From Callorhinchus milii (lineage: Eukaryota), in the NCBI RefSeq assembly GCF_018977255.1, contig NW_024704742.1:92692001-92756000 (forward strand): a stretch of DNA of 64,000 bases, read 5' to 3'. The position numbers and the translations under genes are program-made. Each line of letters opens with the position of its first letter. Position 1 is the first letter of the stretch. The notes beneath the pieces are model-generated. The model had not been told where the DNA came from. It did no database searches and saw nothing but the letters and a program-made list of their open reading frames with translations. Positions 50,001-62,743 of this stretch are shown here, one piece after another.

Positions 50001-52390
50001 ATTTTTTTTAGTTAGCACTGTAACCAACCTGCTTTTTTTTGTGATGCCCAATGTTCTGCAATATACCCCTTTCCACAACAAGCCTGGTCTCAATTAGTGT
50101 GGATAATTGGACTTCCTATTTAATGTAGAGAAAAGCAATATAACTTTTATTTTATATTGTGCACTCTGGTATAAGGTGTTATATAATGGACAGCAGTTGC
50201 AGAAGCCACTTAATGTATTGTTAACTAAAGATATTTCAAAATAATTTACAAAGTGGGTAGCAACCAATGCTGAGACGAAGTATAGCAAACCCCATTTATT
50301 ACCAAATTTAAATATCTTCACTACCATTTAAAAGTCACCCCATCCCCACCACTGTTTCCCAAATTCAAAATTGTAGTCAGCAAATTGAACGTGACACAAT
50401 TAGGTTATTCACTGATACATTCAGAGAACACCTTCCATCAAATAAATCGTTATCTGCCTCTCATGCTGATATTGACTTTGTAAATGCTGTTGTTTGGTTC
50501 TGATGGATGACAAATGCAACCAAATGGTTTATTGCTTAGCAAAATACTACAGAGGTTTTACATCTCTCCGCTTTCACTTAATGCTTAGTAAGACAGGCAT
50601 TGGTTGAGTTTTACTCTGGTTTAAGCTGCGGCTGTAGTAAATCCTAATTAGAAGTTTGGAATGATATAAAAACATGGAATTTGATCATTTGGGATTTATA
50701 ATAATAATCATTGCATTTAATATAGCGTCATATCATGTCACTGAAAGGGCTAAAAGCACTTCACAGGATTTATTGAAGTGACTGTGTATTTGAATGTGAA
50801 CACAGCAGCCAATTTATACACAGCAATGCTTTACAGACAGCCACAAAGTGAATGACCAATTTTATCTGGGGGAATGTTAGTCAAGACATCGGAAGAAACT
50901 CCCTTCTCTTTTCAAATATTGTCATGGCACCTCTGACAACACAGGGCTACCCAGCACTGCTACCCAGTCAGCCTTGACTGTGAGCTCAAAGTCCTCATGT
51001 GGGGCATGAACCCACACCCTGAGAATGCTACCAACAGAGGACTGAGGGAAAACCACCAAAGTAGAATGTTTGGAATGCAAACCTAACCTGGCTTTACAGA
51101 TCACAAGTCGAGTGTAACCCATTAATATAATTTACGCAGGATTTTCAAGTGGCATTCAAGTGGCTCATTAGCCGGTTGAATTGAAAACTAGTTTAACAAT
51201 AGAAAGGAAATGAAAAACAGGAAAAATATTGTTTTGAGGGTAATGAGTAAGTAATAGTCCTGCAGGAACTGATTGGTTATTAGTTTTTTTTACAGGACAA
51301 ATTATTTGGAAGAAGGCACTTTTGAGAATAAAATGTGCCAATAACAAGAGGTTAATGTGAGAAATTTGGTATAATACAATGAAATTAATCAAGATCAGGA
51401 TTTCAATGACCACTGAAAAGAAAATATAAAATGTGTACTTGAAGGGATGTCCATCAGCAAAGTAGAAAAAGGACTTGGGAGCATTCATTGATCTTTCACT
51501 AGAAGTATCCAGTCAATGTGAGGCTGCCAGAACATGTACAGTACTAGGAAATATTTCAAGGATATTTGACAAATAAGTTATAATTTCATATAGGTTACCG
51601 GAATAGCTGCATTTGGAATATTTTGGGCACTCAACCTTCAAAAAAGAAATTAAAGCTTCAGAAAGGTTCAGGAAAAAGCAACAATGATGATTCCAGTACT
51701 TAACCCGCTCAGTTATGGAGGCAGATTTCTGCAATTTAACTTGTTCTTACAAGAGAATGCTGAACCAAATTCTGAGTGGAAAGGATGACATTGATGTAAA
51801 TTGATTATTTAATTTAGACTTGAGCAAAAGTGGCATTAAAATGAATACGCTTGGAATTTCTCACCTGATAGCAATGTACAGGCAGGGATTTCACCTGAAG
51901 AAACCATCATGCTGGGGCAGGACATATAGTAAAGTGATCAAGGGATTCCAGAAAACAGGGGAAACAAATACACAGGAAATGCCAGACTATGGTCTTGGGG
52001 ACACTGAATCAATTTTCAGTCACCCACCATTCTCAAGCTTTGTGTCCAGCCAATCCTCACTCCTTGCACATACTTTCACTACTGCTTAATTAAACAGACC
52101 TTAAAGCCAATAAATCAGAATTTTGTCAAAATGAGGTGCAGCTAAATTAAGTTTACTTTCACTCAGACAATAACCTGGATGGAGTTTTTGTTAAGGATAA
52201 ATTTTAATTACTATTCACTGCACAAATTACCCAAATTCTGCTTTGGATAGGTGACAGCCATATGACATGTTCCAGTGTGACTAGAAACTACATTCAAAAC
52301 TTTGATATTTCCTGAAAAACTGTAAAGAGTTACTAGCGTCCTCTTCAGAGCCATGGTAGAGAGGCTATGAAGGTGTTTGTTCTCAGCAGC

Positions 52391-52440
52391 TCAAAGACTT
52401 GGATCACACTGATTCTTGAGCAGGTTTCTCCATGTAGTGA
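52391..52440 (-). CDS. SECISBP2: SECISBP2 terminal coding exon (VTTWRNLLKNQCDPSL*; TGA stop)
   Basis: ctcttccttcttccag acceptor in phase 1; EY-xxx-W-R/K motif typical of the SBP2 family C-terminus. Confidence 0.8.
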
Positions 52441-55400
52441 CTGGAAGAAGGAAGAGTTATTTTGCATCAAGACACCATTATCTTTTTGAAACACACGTCA
52501 AATCTCAAATCGTAAACCAAATTGATCATCTATAATCTGTTCTGTTCTACTGGAGTTCCCCCCAACCCCCTTCTCTTTTGATAAGCTTTACTTATCGAAT
52601 ATTATCTAATGGTCACTTAATGTAGGAAGCATTTCAAAAACAGTAAAAGATTACTGTTTTTCTGAAGAAAACTAAAAGTGCTAAATTTATCCAAAAACTT
52701 GTTTTCCTTATCTGAAACTGAACGTGTTGCAAATTCAATTAATTTTAAGTAGAAAGGCTAGTCTTGAATAAAATGAAGCAAACCATACTTGGATTGTTCT
52801 TTTTTAAATGGAATCATTCTTCAGTTACAGCACATTATCAAACACTGTTCCCATGGTACACAGTACACATTGTATTGTAGTACGGAGCGAATCTTGCTAA
52901 ATTGCTTGCGATGGCCCAGTTGACTTGTCCAGTGATTAGTACAAGTGTCTGTGTGTTGTGCTGCAGATGTCTGTTTTGCTAGTATGGTCTAAATTGTGGC
53001 ATTTCCTAACAGATTCCTTACTAAGGAATTTGAGTTGTGCAAATGGGGAATCTTTCTGGAAATTGGAACTATGTCACCAACCCTCTGCTCCAACGCAATC
53101 CTTGGATAAGCTGATAGCCAACAACCAAGTACTCAGGAGAGAGAGCTTTTCATGAACCAATAGCTTGAATATTTATAAAACTACACTTAATGACACATTC
53201 ATCCTACTGCCTCTTAATATAGTAGAACCCTGCCAAAATGCAGCTTGTTACAACTATGGTTCATTGCTAAGGCGTGTGCCTTGCATTGGATTCAGTACAT
53301 GAACTGGTTCATTCCCACTGCTGCCATGACTTCCTGTATGCCAAAGTATGTGCACAGGAAGTGGCGCTGTCATTTCCTGCATTCTATGTGCAGAAAGCAA
53401 TGTCAGTGGCAGCCTGATTACCCAGATATCGGCCACCTTGTTGCAACTCAGGGCCTGAGAGATTGGACTCAGGCGACCAGGTTAGAACAGTACTATAGTT
53501 TCCTTTCTGTAGTATGATTATGAATCCTATCCGAAGCACGTGCCTCCATGTATATAGTGCAGTACTCCATGTATCATCTCACAGCAGAGCATCCTGAATT
53601 ACACCATATACACTTGGGAGGGATGTTCCTCCAACTGATCTCTACTGTTGTACAATACTGGATTATGTACCATATTCAGGTTCATCAGCTTCAGAGAAAG
53701 GTTGAGAGGTCACGTTGTTGAAATGAATAGTGCTGCTCTCAGATGAAATTAATGGCTGTTCCTCTGAATCTCCCTTTTCTTCATCTGCCTCAAGTTCCTG
53801 TTGCAGAGCGTCCAGCATTTCCTGATAGGCTTTTCTGGCTTCTTCAGTGATCTCCACCATTTGATGAAACTGGTTCTGTGAATGAAAGGTGCAATTTCAC
53901 ATTGAACAATTGTAAGCCAGTGTCATGACAGAACACATTCATTATCATCAACAAAAGAGGTTCTCAACGTCTTTTTAGCTTCTGAGTCAGTGGTGGCCAA
54001 TTCATATCATAAACTGGCATATTTTACACACATTTTAATTCCTGTGGCATGTGTCTAAAGTCCCATAACCTGAACAATTGGTATGGCTAGAGTCAATAAG
54101 ATCTTTACTGGAATATTTGCACTTAATATTTAATTAAAGTACAGTGAGAGAAAATGTTGCACGCCTCAAGAACTAATCAGGTACTTTTACTTGTATTTGT
54201 TTTTTTCTCCATCCTTGTCCATGAATCAATTGTCCACAATACTATAAATCGCAAACTGTGCACTGTGTCAAAAGAAAGTTTTGCTTCTTCAATCCTTATA
54301 TCCTCTGATATCACCTCAGTACCAATCCAAGCAGTTGAAATGGACATGTAAGCATCACAGAGTATAATGCTTAAAAGCTGCTCATCTATCAAATTACTGA
54401 AGAGCTGAGTGATCAAATACCAGTCTTCCTATTAATTCAGATTGCTTATGAGCCAACAAATACTTTCATTGTTAACAATTTCCTAGGATTACCAATTAAT
54501 GTAATTAGATCTGACACCGTACTACTACACACAGTGTGGGTGCTGACAATATCTATAGAATTCAATTCAATGATGTCTCACAAAACGTTTATATTGACAC
54601 AATAAACTACATTCACTCAGACCTTTCTGGAGGGGGTTCAACTGTAAATGCATCATTCTTCCTGGTTGTAACTAACCTCAGCCCCATCGTAACTGAAGAT
54701 TCCAAGCACACTAACAGGAACTGGTTTATTCACACATTGGCCCAGAGCTTTGCGATTGAGAGCAAATACAAATGGAATCTCTTGTTCACAAGCAATGCTG
54801 ATGATATTATGCAGTGCATCATCCAAGCCACCTGGTAAAAACAGAAAGTAATTATATATAGCTAGCAATCTCAGACACAATTTACTAGTGCGCCTACAAT
54901 TCACATTATCTGAAGTCCAACTGAATTTCTGATTTGTTGAAACATTTTCACATAGTTCACAAATTACTGTCCTGTGCAGAACCAATATTCCTCATCCTAA
55001 AATTCAAACCATGCACCAAAAGCTTCAACTGCTGGCACATCCAGAGAAATGTCAGTGTCCCAGGGCCAGCAGTTTAATTTAATAACCTTACACAATGCTT
55101 AAATACATTGATAGTAATAACATGGACACCTGAGTAGCTTAATACTTCTGACATGTAAGGTCACAATAATACATATATGATTTTCATTTCTGCACCTTCT
55201 TCCATGCATGTTTGAACCCAAATAATTAGGCCAATCTAGATTTTTGTTTTTTTCTGCAGCTTCTGTGAAATGTAATTCTAAGTGCTCACATAACATGCAC
55301 TTTCAAATGATATCTCTGCTGATTCTTGCTCTCTCTCCATCGCGTAGTTGACTACTCAGTAAACATGTATTTCCTACCTCTGGACTGTATTTTTTCACAG

Positions 55401-58400
55401 TTGGGCGAGATGATGATGCATTTTAGCCTCTTCAGCTTCAGGTGTTTCAAAACTTCTCTCAGTCCCATAACAATCCTACGTTTTTTCTTAGCTTTGATTG
55501 GATCTTTTTGGTACAAGCGATCTTGAAAACGGACAAGTTCTTTCAGAAGGTCTGTTACACAGCTATCAACATCTTTACTAAGAACCTGGCTGCAATATCT
55601 GAAAAGAAAAATAATACTATAATAAATAATCCTTGCATTTGATCCACAACTTTCATGTTGTCGAGATTCACTAGGATGGTACCAGGGATAATACATGTAT
55701 TATTAAGAGACTTTCAAAGGTTAATTATCAAAATTATGAATAGCTTTGATAGAAACTACTTCCATTGCAGGGTGAGTCAGCAAGAAAAAGGCATAAATTG
55801 AAGATTAGCACCAGAAACAAAAAATGAAAGAACTTTTTTTTTTACAGAGGTGTGTTTAAAACCAAATAGTGTTGAATAAATGCAAAGAAACAACAACTTG
55901 CATTTATATAGTGCCCTCCACACGGGGCGGCGTCTTAAGAGTGCTTAACAATGGTGGAACCCGAGCCAGGAGGAGGGGGAAGGTGACAGTAGGTGCAGTC
56001 GAAGAGGAAGGTCTTCAGGTACGACCTGAAGATGGGGAAGGAGGGAGTGAGGCTAAGAGGTTGAGGGAGGGGGTGACAAAGTTTCGGGGCATAGTGGCTG
56101 AAGCCATGACCACCGATGGTGAAGCGGAGGGTTCGGGGGACACGGAGGAGGCCAGACAGTAGAGCGGAGGCAGCGGGTACTGCTGTGGGGAGACAGGAGG
56201 TTAGAGAGATAGGGGAGTGCCAAGGAATGGAGGGATTTAAACACCAGAGTGAGGATCTTGAAGTCGATCCACTCTGTGACAGGGAGCCAGTGGAGTTGGC
56301 AAGGACTGGAGTAATTGGGGTATGAAGTTTGGTGCGGGTGAGAATGCGGGCGGCAGAGTTTTGTGAATTTTGTGAATAGTGGAGGAGGGGAGACCGGTGA
56401 GGAGGGTGTTAGAGTAGCGCAGCCGAGAGGTGACAAAGGCGTGGACAAGGGTTTCGGCAGCTTTTGGGGTGAGGTATTGGCGGAGACGGGCAGTGTAGTG
56501 GAGGTAGAAGAAAGCGGTGCTGGTCAGGGACCGGATGCGGGGGGAGGAAGGATAGCTGGGAAACAGAGAGAATGAGACAACTTGAACTGATCAGCGAGTT
56601 AATTTTCTTCTTTCGTATGGCAAGAGAGGTGATTAGTTGCATTCAAATAACCAAATCCATGTCAGTGAGCCAGTGGGTAGTTTCAGATGTGGTTTGGTTT
56701 AAGTTTGAGATGCCACTGATGACAAATATAGCAATGCTCTTGTAGATGTGGCAAGTGCGCCAAAATGTATGTGATGTGCACTGTATAAAAATACGTTATT
56801 GTTATAGTGAGTCGGACAATTTCGCTCCTCGCTTATAATGCGGTTTATAATGAGACAATGGACTCAACTGACCGTATTATATGGGTTTTTCTGTTTTCAA
56901 GCGTTTACATGGATCTCCCCTCCCCCTCACTCGGTCCCGGGATCCGAAACTGTAAAGCGCTCTGAGACGCCATACGGCGTGGAGGGCGCTATATAAATCC
57001 AAGTTGTTGTTGTAATAATATTTTAAAGCACTGCCCATAAATTCGGATACCTATGAAGGTTACTCTCCCTTAGTTTGCAATTTGCTTGTTTTCTCCCTTC
57101 TCTTTTGAAGACACTGATAAATGATAAATATGATAAATGACGACAATCTATTACGTGTTAACACAACTAATGTCATCAAAAAGCAACCAGTCTTCGATTT
57201 GTTGATAATAATCATCCTTGCATTTGATATAGAGCTTTTTCACCTCTTCTAGACATCTCAAAGCACTTCACAGAATACACTGTAAAGATCTCCCAGTATG
57301 ATTAGCAAAATGATTAGTGAGTCAATAATAGAGGGTCGTAATTTAAGTATAATGACTAGAAGAAACAAATATTTTTATAGTGTTGTTACAAAGACAAATA
57401 GTTGTTGAATCTGACTCCATAAAAGCATTTAAAAGAAGGTTGTAGGAAAAGAGCATAATAATAATTGGAGCAGATAGGTCTAATAGGGTAGTGAATACCA
57501 GCACAGTGCGAACACAGAGCGAACACTTTTTTTTGTAGCCCCAAATTTAGTTATGATTTTATAGACGTTACCATCTGCTAGTAATTTCTGTCATGAGGTT
57601 TTTGGTTTGCCATTTTGGGTAGTTTTTGTTTGCCTTCTGTCTCACAGCAGGAAGAACATCTTATCAGATCACTGAATAACAGAATGTTTACTGCACAGAA
57701 GCATGCTGCTGGAATAGTTTTAGGGTCCATTGAACCCAGAAATGACACGATTACTGACTTTATATGGGCTGTTACACATAGCTGTCATTTGTTATTGTAG
57801 TTCACAATCAGAAACCTTGATGTCATCACACATCACCAATCTGTAGTTTTGCAATGTATTAAAACTTGCTTTTTAAAAAAAAACTCCAATCAGTTAGTCA
57901 ATTGGTTTCCAAGGCTGACAGGACTCCCATTATCTCTATCTGGAATAGTGTGATCAGCTCTGAACGTCTTTGCTGCATCATCATTCTGTGTCCAAGTGAA
58001 GATTTACCTAATCTTACACATCATGGATGCACCAAAACACAATTTTTTTAACAAGAGGTCATATGTAAACACATCAATTAAACAATTCTTCTATTACTGC
58101 AAAATGCAAGTCAAATCTAGATAAGCTTTTAAAAAACACAATATTAACTGGTCTTGAATGAAATAAAATAACCTCCTCTAAGCACCAACAACAAAAAAAA
58201 GAAATATCGTTGATCAAAAACTCATAAAATGGGAGTCCTAATAAAATGGAGTAGGTTAGTGGTTGGAGCACCCGCCTTGCAAGCGAGAAGACCCGAGTTC
58301 AATTCCCTGCGCTATATCAAATGCAAGGATTATTATTACATTATAATAAAGTAACATATAAATGTTTCCTTTATTCTCATTAAAAACAGAATGCCTCAGC

Positions 58401-60629
58401 CTTGAGATGTGGTTAGAATACTTCATGCTCGGAGATGAAACCACCTCTTCCTGTAAAGAACTGTTAAGGTTTTTTTGTAAATGCAAATGTTGAATCTCTT
58501 GCAGTTTAGTTCCTCACAGACTGCATTAAAGTAAACGTCAAGGTACTGCAGTTAAGAATGCTCAAAACTTCCCCAAGCAGTTCACAGTATATAAAACGCA
58601 ATACATAGGTTTATCATCATACTATCATGGGTAGAGCACAAAATAACAACTACTGCAGGGCCTAGATGGTCCCATATTAAGTATATAAACACAAATGGTT
58701 AACTTGAAATAATTTAAAAGAACACTGAACAAACCACAAGGAAGATCACTGATACAGATTTACTTCTTCAGCTTGTACATTGTAATGGAGGCTAGTTGTG
58801 TAGAATTTGGCTTCATTCAAGTGACTCAGTAGCAGAAACAAGCTAACCCAGTGGTGGCCAACCTGTGGCCCGTGGGCTGGAAGTAGCCCATGGGGCAGGC
58901 AAGAAGCCGCCCCACCCCAACATTCGCACGAGTCTAGGTCAGTCCGTTTTTGATCGGTAGTGTGTTTTCACTTCCTTTTTGATGAATATTTCTTGAATAT
59001 TGAATTGATTCCTTCTTGATTGAATATTTATGGCATAAATCAAGAAATATTCAATCAAGAAAACTTATTTTGTTGGTCAACCACCACTGAGCTAACCTAA
59101 GTGAGAAGGAAATCTGAGCTCTGCACACATTACTCCATCTGCACAACCCACCTCCTCCTGCAAAAGAGTGGCATACAGAGGCTTAGTCAACTGGATAGCT
59201 TATACATCGTGAATGAGTAATGGGTAGACCACTTTATCTACATTCCATGGGAAAGTATACATTTTACCTACGTGCAATGTGAAAACATGAGTCCTGTAAT
59301 TCAGTGGTTAGAGCACTCGCTCTAACCACTGTGAGAGACCTGAGTTCGATTCTCGGCAGAGCGAAACCGTGGGCAGGTTTCCTTACGCCACATGACTAAT
59401 TTGGTCACTCATTCCACGACTGCTTGTGAGACACTGCTGTGCACAATTGGCTGCTGCGTTTCACCCACAAATATACAGTCAATTCACTTTACAGTATATT
59501 CTGTGAAGCGCTTTGAGATGCTTAGAAGACGTGAAAGGCGCTATATCGAATGCAAGGATTATTATATTTATATTATAATAATCCTTGCATTTGATATAGC
59601 GCTATGACTATTGCTCAATTTCTCTCCCTCTTACAAGTACTTTGTTTCCACTTGGCCCAGAAACCAGTGTCTTGCTAAGATCTGGAATGTTTGTGTGGGG
59701 ATTTCAAAGCACTGTGAGTAAAATGTCCCATCTCTCGCTCCTGTCAATGACATATTTAATAGCACTGGGTTAAAGCACACGCTTTAAAGCAATGCTTTTA
59801 TTGCACCTTACTGTTTCCTGCAAAGGTTTCTTCTGGTCCTGCTGTTATAAACATAAATAATTAGAAACAAAAGTAAGTTACTTCTTCAATTGACACGTTT
59901 CCATTTTTAAAAAAAAATATGCATTCACTTTTGCTGGGAAACTGGAATGGAGGTACAGAATAAAGGTATTTGGAGATAAGAAGTAGAGACATGTGCTTGC
60001 CCACAGGAGGGTCTGTATTTTTGATTATCAATGGTCTAATGGTCATTTGAAGTCAATGATAATCTAGAAATTTTCCCTGGCAAATTCATACAATTTAATT
60101 TATGTAATAACTTTCACATTGAGAGGATGTCTCAAAGTGCTTTACACTGCTGGTTGGCTGAGCACCTGAGCTGGTGGGTAGGAGCTGAAGAGGTTGTGAA
60201 GAGGAAGGATGACCAAAAGCACGTAGAAAGAGGTACGGTTGAGTAGGCTTTGAGAACAGGGAAGGGAGAAGTCTGAGAGAGACCTAGAGAGGAAAGGATC
60301 CAAAGTTTGGAACCTTCTAAGACCTGAAACATATTTGAATTCTCTCCCACTATTTATTGGTAGGCTGAGATAGACTTTGATAAGAGTTTGATAAGTCGTT
60401 CTAATACACGGCAGCAATGTTTTATTAATCACTCTTTTAGAAGAAATTGAAGAAATTATCACTTGCAGTACTTACTCTCTGAATCGTCTACTGTGAATCT
60501 TGGGACGATTGGGATTCACCAGAACATCTGCTGTATTGGTTTCTTCAGAAGTCTTTTGCGTATCAGAAATGGATTGTAAATTTTCTTCAGATGGCGACGA
60601 TGTGAAATTGACCAAATCTTCTGTAGAAT
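52391..60629 (-). CDS. SECISBP2: SECIS-binding protein 2, 5'-partial (last five coding exons; SID end, L7Ae RNA-binding domain, C-terminus)
   Basis: Exons 60629-60476, 55598-55378, 54831-54677, 53875-53671, 52440-52391. Motifs PKIHSRRFREYCSQVLSK, LVRFQDRLYQKDPIKAK, GLREVLKHLKL, ISPNCEKIQSRGGLDD, IPFVFALNRKALG. Short C-terminus and SEMA4D linkage favour SECISBP2 over SECISBP2L. Confidence 0.92.
53671..53875 (-). CDS. SECISBP2: SECISBP2 exon (NQFHQMVEITEEARKAYQEML...EADEPEY)
   Basis: ttcattcacag acceptor, TATG|gtacat donor; 205 bp. Confidence 0.92.
54677..54831 (-). CDS. SECISBP2: SECISBP2 exon (GGLDDALHNIISIACEQEIPFVFALNRKALGQCVNKPVPVSVLGIFSYDGAE)
   Basis: ttttaccag acceptor, GAG|gttagt donor; 155 bp; L7Ae core. 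Confidence 0.95.
55378..55598 (-). CDS. SECISBP2: SECISBP2 exon (YCSQVLSKDVDSCVTDLLKELVRFQDR...NCEKIQSR)
   Basis: ttttcttttcag acceptor, G|gtagga donor; 221 bp. Confidence 0.95.
55890..56560 (-). mobile_element. L2 LINE 3' fragment, reverse orientation
   Basis: LHWLPVTEWIDFKILTLVFKSLHSLA on - strand; (AAC)n tail on + strand. Confidence 0.85.
58849..59089. mobile_element. 241-bp hAT (Charlie-like) MITE
   Basis: Ends CAGTGGTGG / CCACCACTG; perfect 8-bp TSD AGCTAACC (58841-58848, 59090-59097). Confidence 0.82.
59289..59575 (+). mobile_element. tRNA-SINE copy with local inverted duplications
   Basis: Head, body and tail match the family. Confidence 0.82.
60476..60629 (-). CDS. SECISBP2: SECISBP2 exon (DSTEDLVNF...NRPKIHSRRFR)
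   Basis: ttggatttag acceptor (alternative in-frame AG 9 nt downstream), GA|gtaagt donor; 154 bp. Confidence 0.88.
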
Positions 60630-61459
60630 CTAAATCCAAGACATTTGTGTTAGCGTAACAATCTATCACAATATAAATCTATGATGTAAAAGACTTCATA
60701 CCTCAAGATCATTTTGGCACCCTTACTCCCTCTGGGTCAGGATCACTTTGACTCCATCCCAAAATATGGTCAATATGTGTAGGGGAGATGGAGACAAAGA
60801 TATGCTCATTTGATATTATAAAGTAGTCATTAACTTGATAAGATTCTAGTCTCAGAGCTATGCTTCTCAACCCATTTTGGATGTTTTTAAACTAATTTTA
60901 AAATTTAAAATTGCATAGAATGGTGAGGCATGGCAACAGGCCATCTGGCCTAACCTAACCTGTTCTGGAGTTTATACAACAACTTGTATTTACTTCTGCA
61001 CCTCGTTTTAGAAGCAGCAACAAGTGGAAATAACCTATCGACTTCCACCTTATCAAATCCTTTCATAATTATAAACACCTCAATCAGGTCTCTTCTTGAT
61101 CATCTCAGCTCTAGAGAGAAAAGCTCCAACCTGTGCAATTTTTATTGATAGACATCCATGTAAATCTACGCTGTACTCTCACCAATGCTACAACAATAAT
61201 AATAATCCTTTCATTTGATATAGCGTCTTATCATGTCTTCGAGATGTCTCAAATTGCTTCACAGAATACACTGTAAAGTTAACTGACAGTATATTCTGTG
61301 GGTGAAATGCGGCTGCCAATTTCGCACAGCAGTGCCTCACAAATAACCGTGGATCGAGTGACCAAATATATATATTTTTGAAGGGATTATTGCACCCCGG
61401 AAGGACAGGTGGTAATAAATTCTAGATGGTTAGGAACTTCAGTAAGCAAAAAGTTGTTG

Positions 61460-61700
61460 TAGTTTAGCCTGGGTGTGGACATCAAGTAAAAGACTCTATT
61501 TGCATTCTTTATGGCCTTGTTCATCTGTGCTGCTATTGTGAACCTGAATTCCTAGATCCTTTTGTTCCTCTATCAACAAGGGTATAGTCAGCCGCTTTAT
61601 TCTTCCTACAAAAGTGAATCGCTTCACAATTCTCTTTATTAAATTTAATTTGCCACCTATCCACCCATTCTGCATTGAGTAGTTTAAAAAAACAATTGTG
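61460..61700 (-). mobile_element. CR1-clade LINE RT remnant
   Basis: EWVDRWQIKFNKENCEAIHFCRKN resembles CR1 WA..WQM.FN..KC.V.H.G.KN. Confidence 0.7.
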
Positions 61701-62743
61701 CAAAGATATTTTGGTCACGTAAAGGTCACATTACTCTACCACAAAGAAAGAGAAAGGAAATCAAGCATTCTCTCACAGCACCCCTTAATCTATCACTAAC
61801 AGCCTGAAGGCTATAATCCTGAAATTGCTATGAAAGCCCATTTGCAGTCTTGCAATAGCACACCACAATTATAGGAAAATCCATGGATGGAACATGCCCT
61901 GCTATCCCAGTTGAAAATGCACCAGGAGCAAATTGGTTAAAGAGAGCAAGTGAAGAAAACAGATTATGGAATCACTTCAAATGACCTATTTATTCCAGTA
62001 TATAATCTTTGCTGCTTTCTTTTTTTAAAAAAAGGGTACACAGAATATTTTTGAAGTCAATTCAACAGATTAAAACCTCTCCCACATAAATTCATACCTG
62101 ATAATTCTATGCCTATTATTCTAATACTTGCTGGACCATTTATAATCCTTGGCCAGAACAACGGTATGAATTTTGAAACACATTCCTACCTTTGTGATTG
62201 ATATCCTCACCTTTCTGTAGAAATGCAATTTTGTAATTTAAACTATTTAATCTAGATGTGGGAACTAGTGAATATCTGACACCCCCTACCATGTTTAATC
62301 TACCACCTGAATGCATTTGTAATTGGGAACAATATCCCTTTTCTCTTTTCTGGGCACAAACAATTCTGAGAAAAGAATTGAGGCTGTCGTAAAACCTGCC
62401 AAAAACCAAACAAAAAATGTTGCAAGTTCCCTTGTCACAAAGCCACATTTACCCTAAAAAGATAAATTAACTTTGTAACGTCTTCAGAATGTTAAATCCA
62501 GCAAATATTTATATTTACACAGCTCCTTTCATATCAGGAAATCAGGAAGATATCTCAAAGCGCCTCAAACAGCTGACTCAAAACCCAAACGAGAAAGTGA
62601 CCCAAAGTGTAGTCGAAATACTGTATAGTGTATAAAAAGCTTTTTTAAGTTTATAAGATTCTAATTTATTTTGAAAGGGAATTAGATATTGGAAAAAGGG
62701 AATACTGTATTAAAGGGTAAAGGGAGCAAGTAGATGATTAAGA

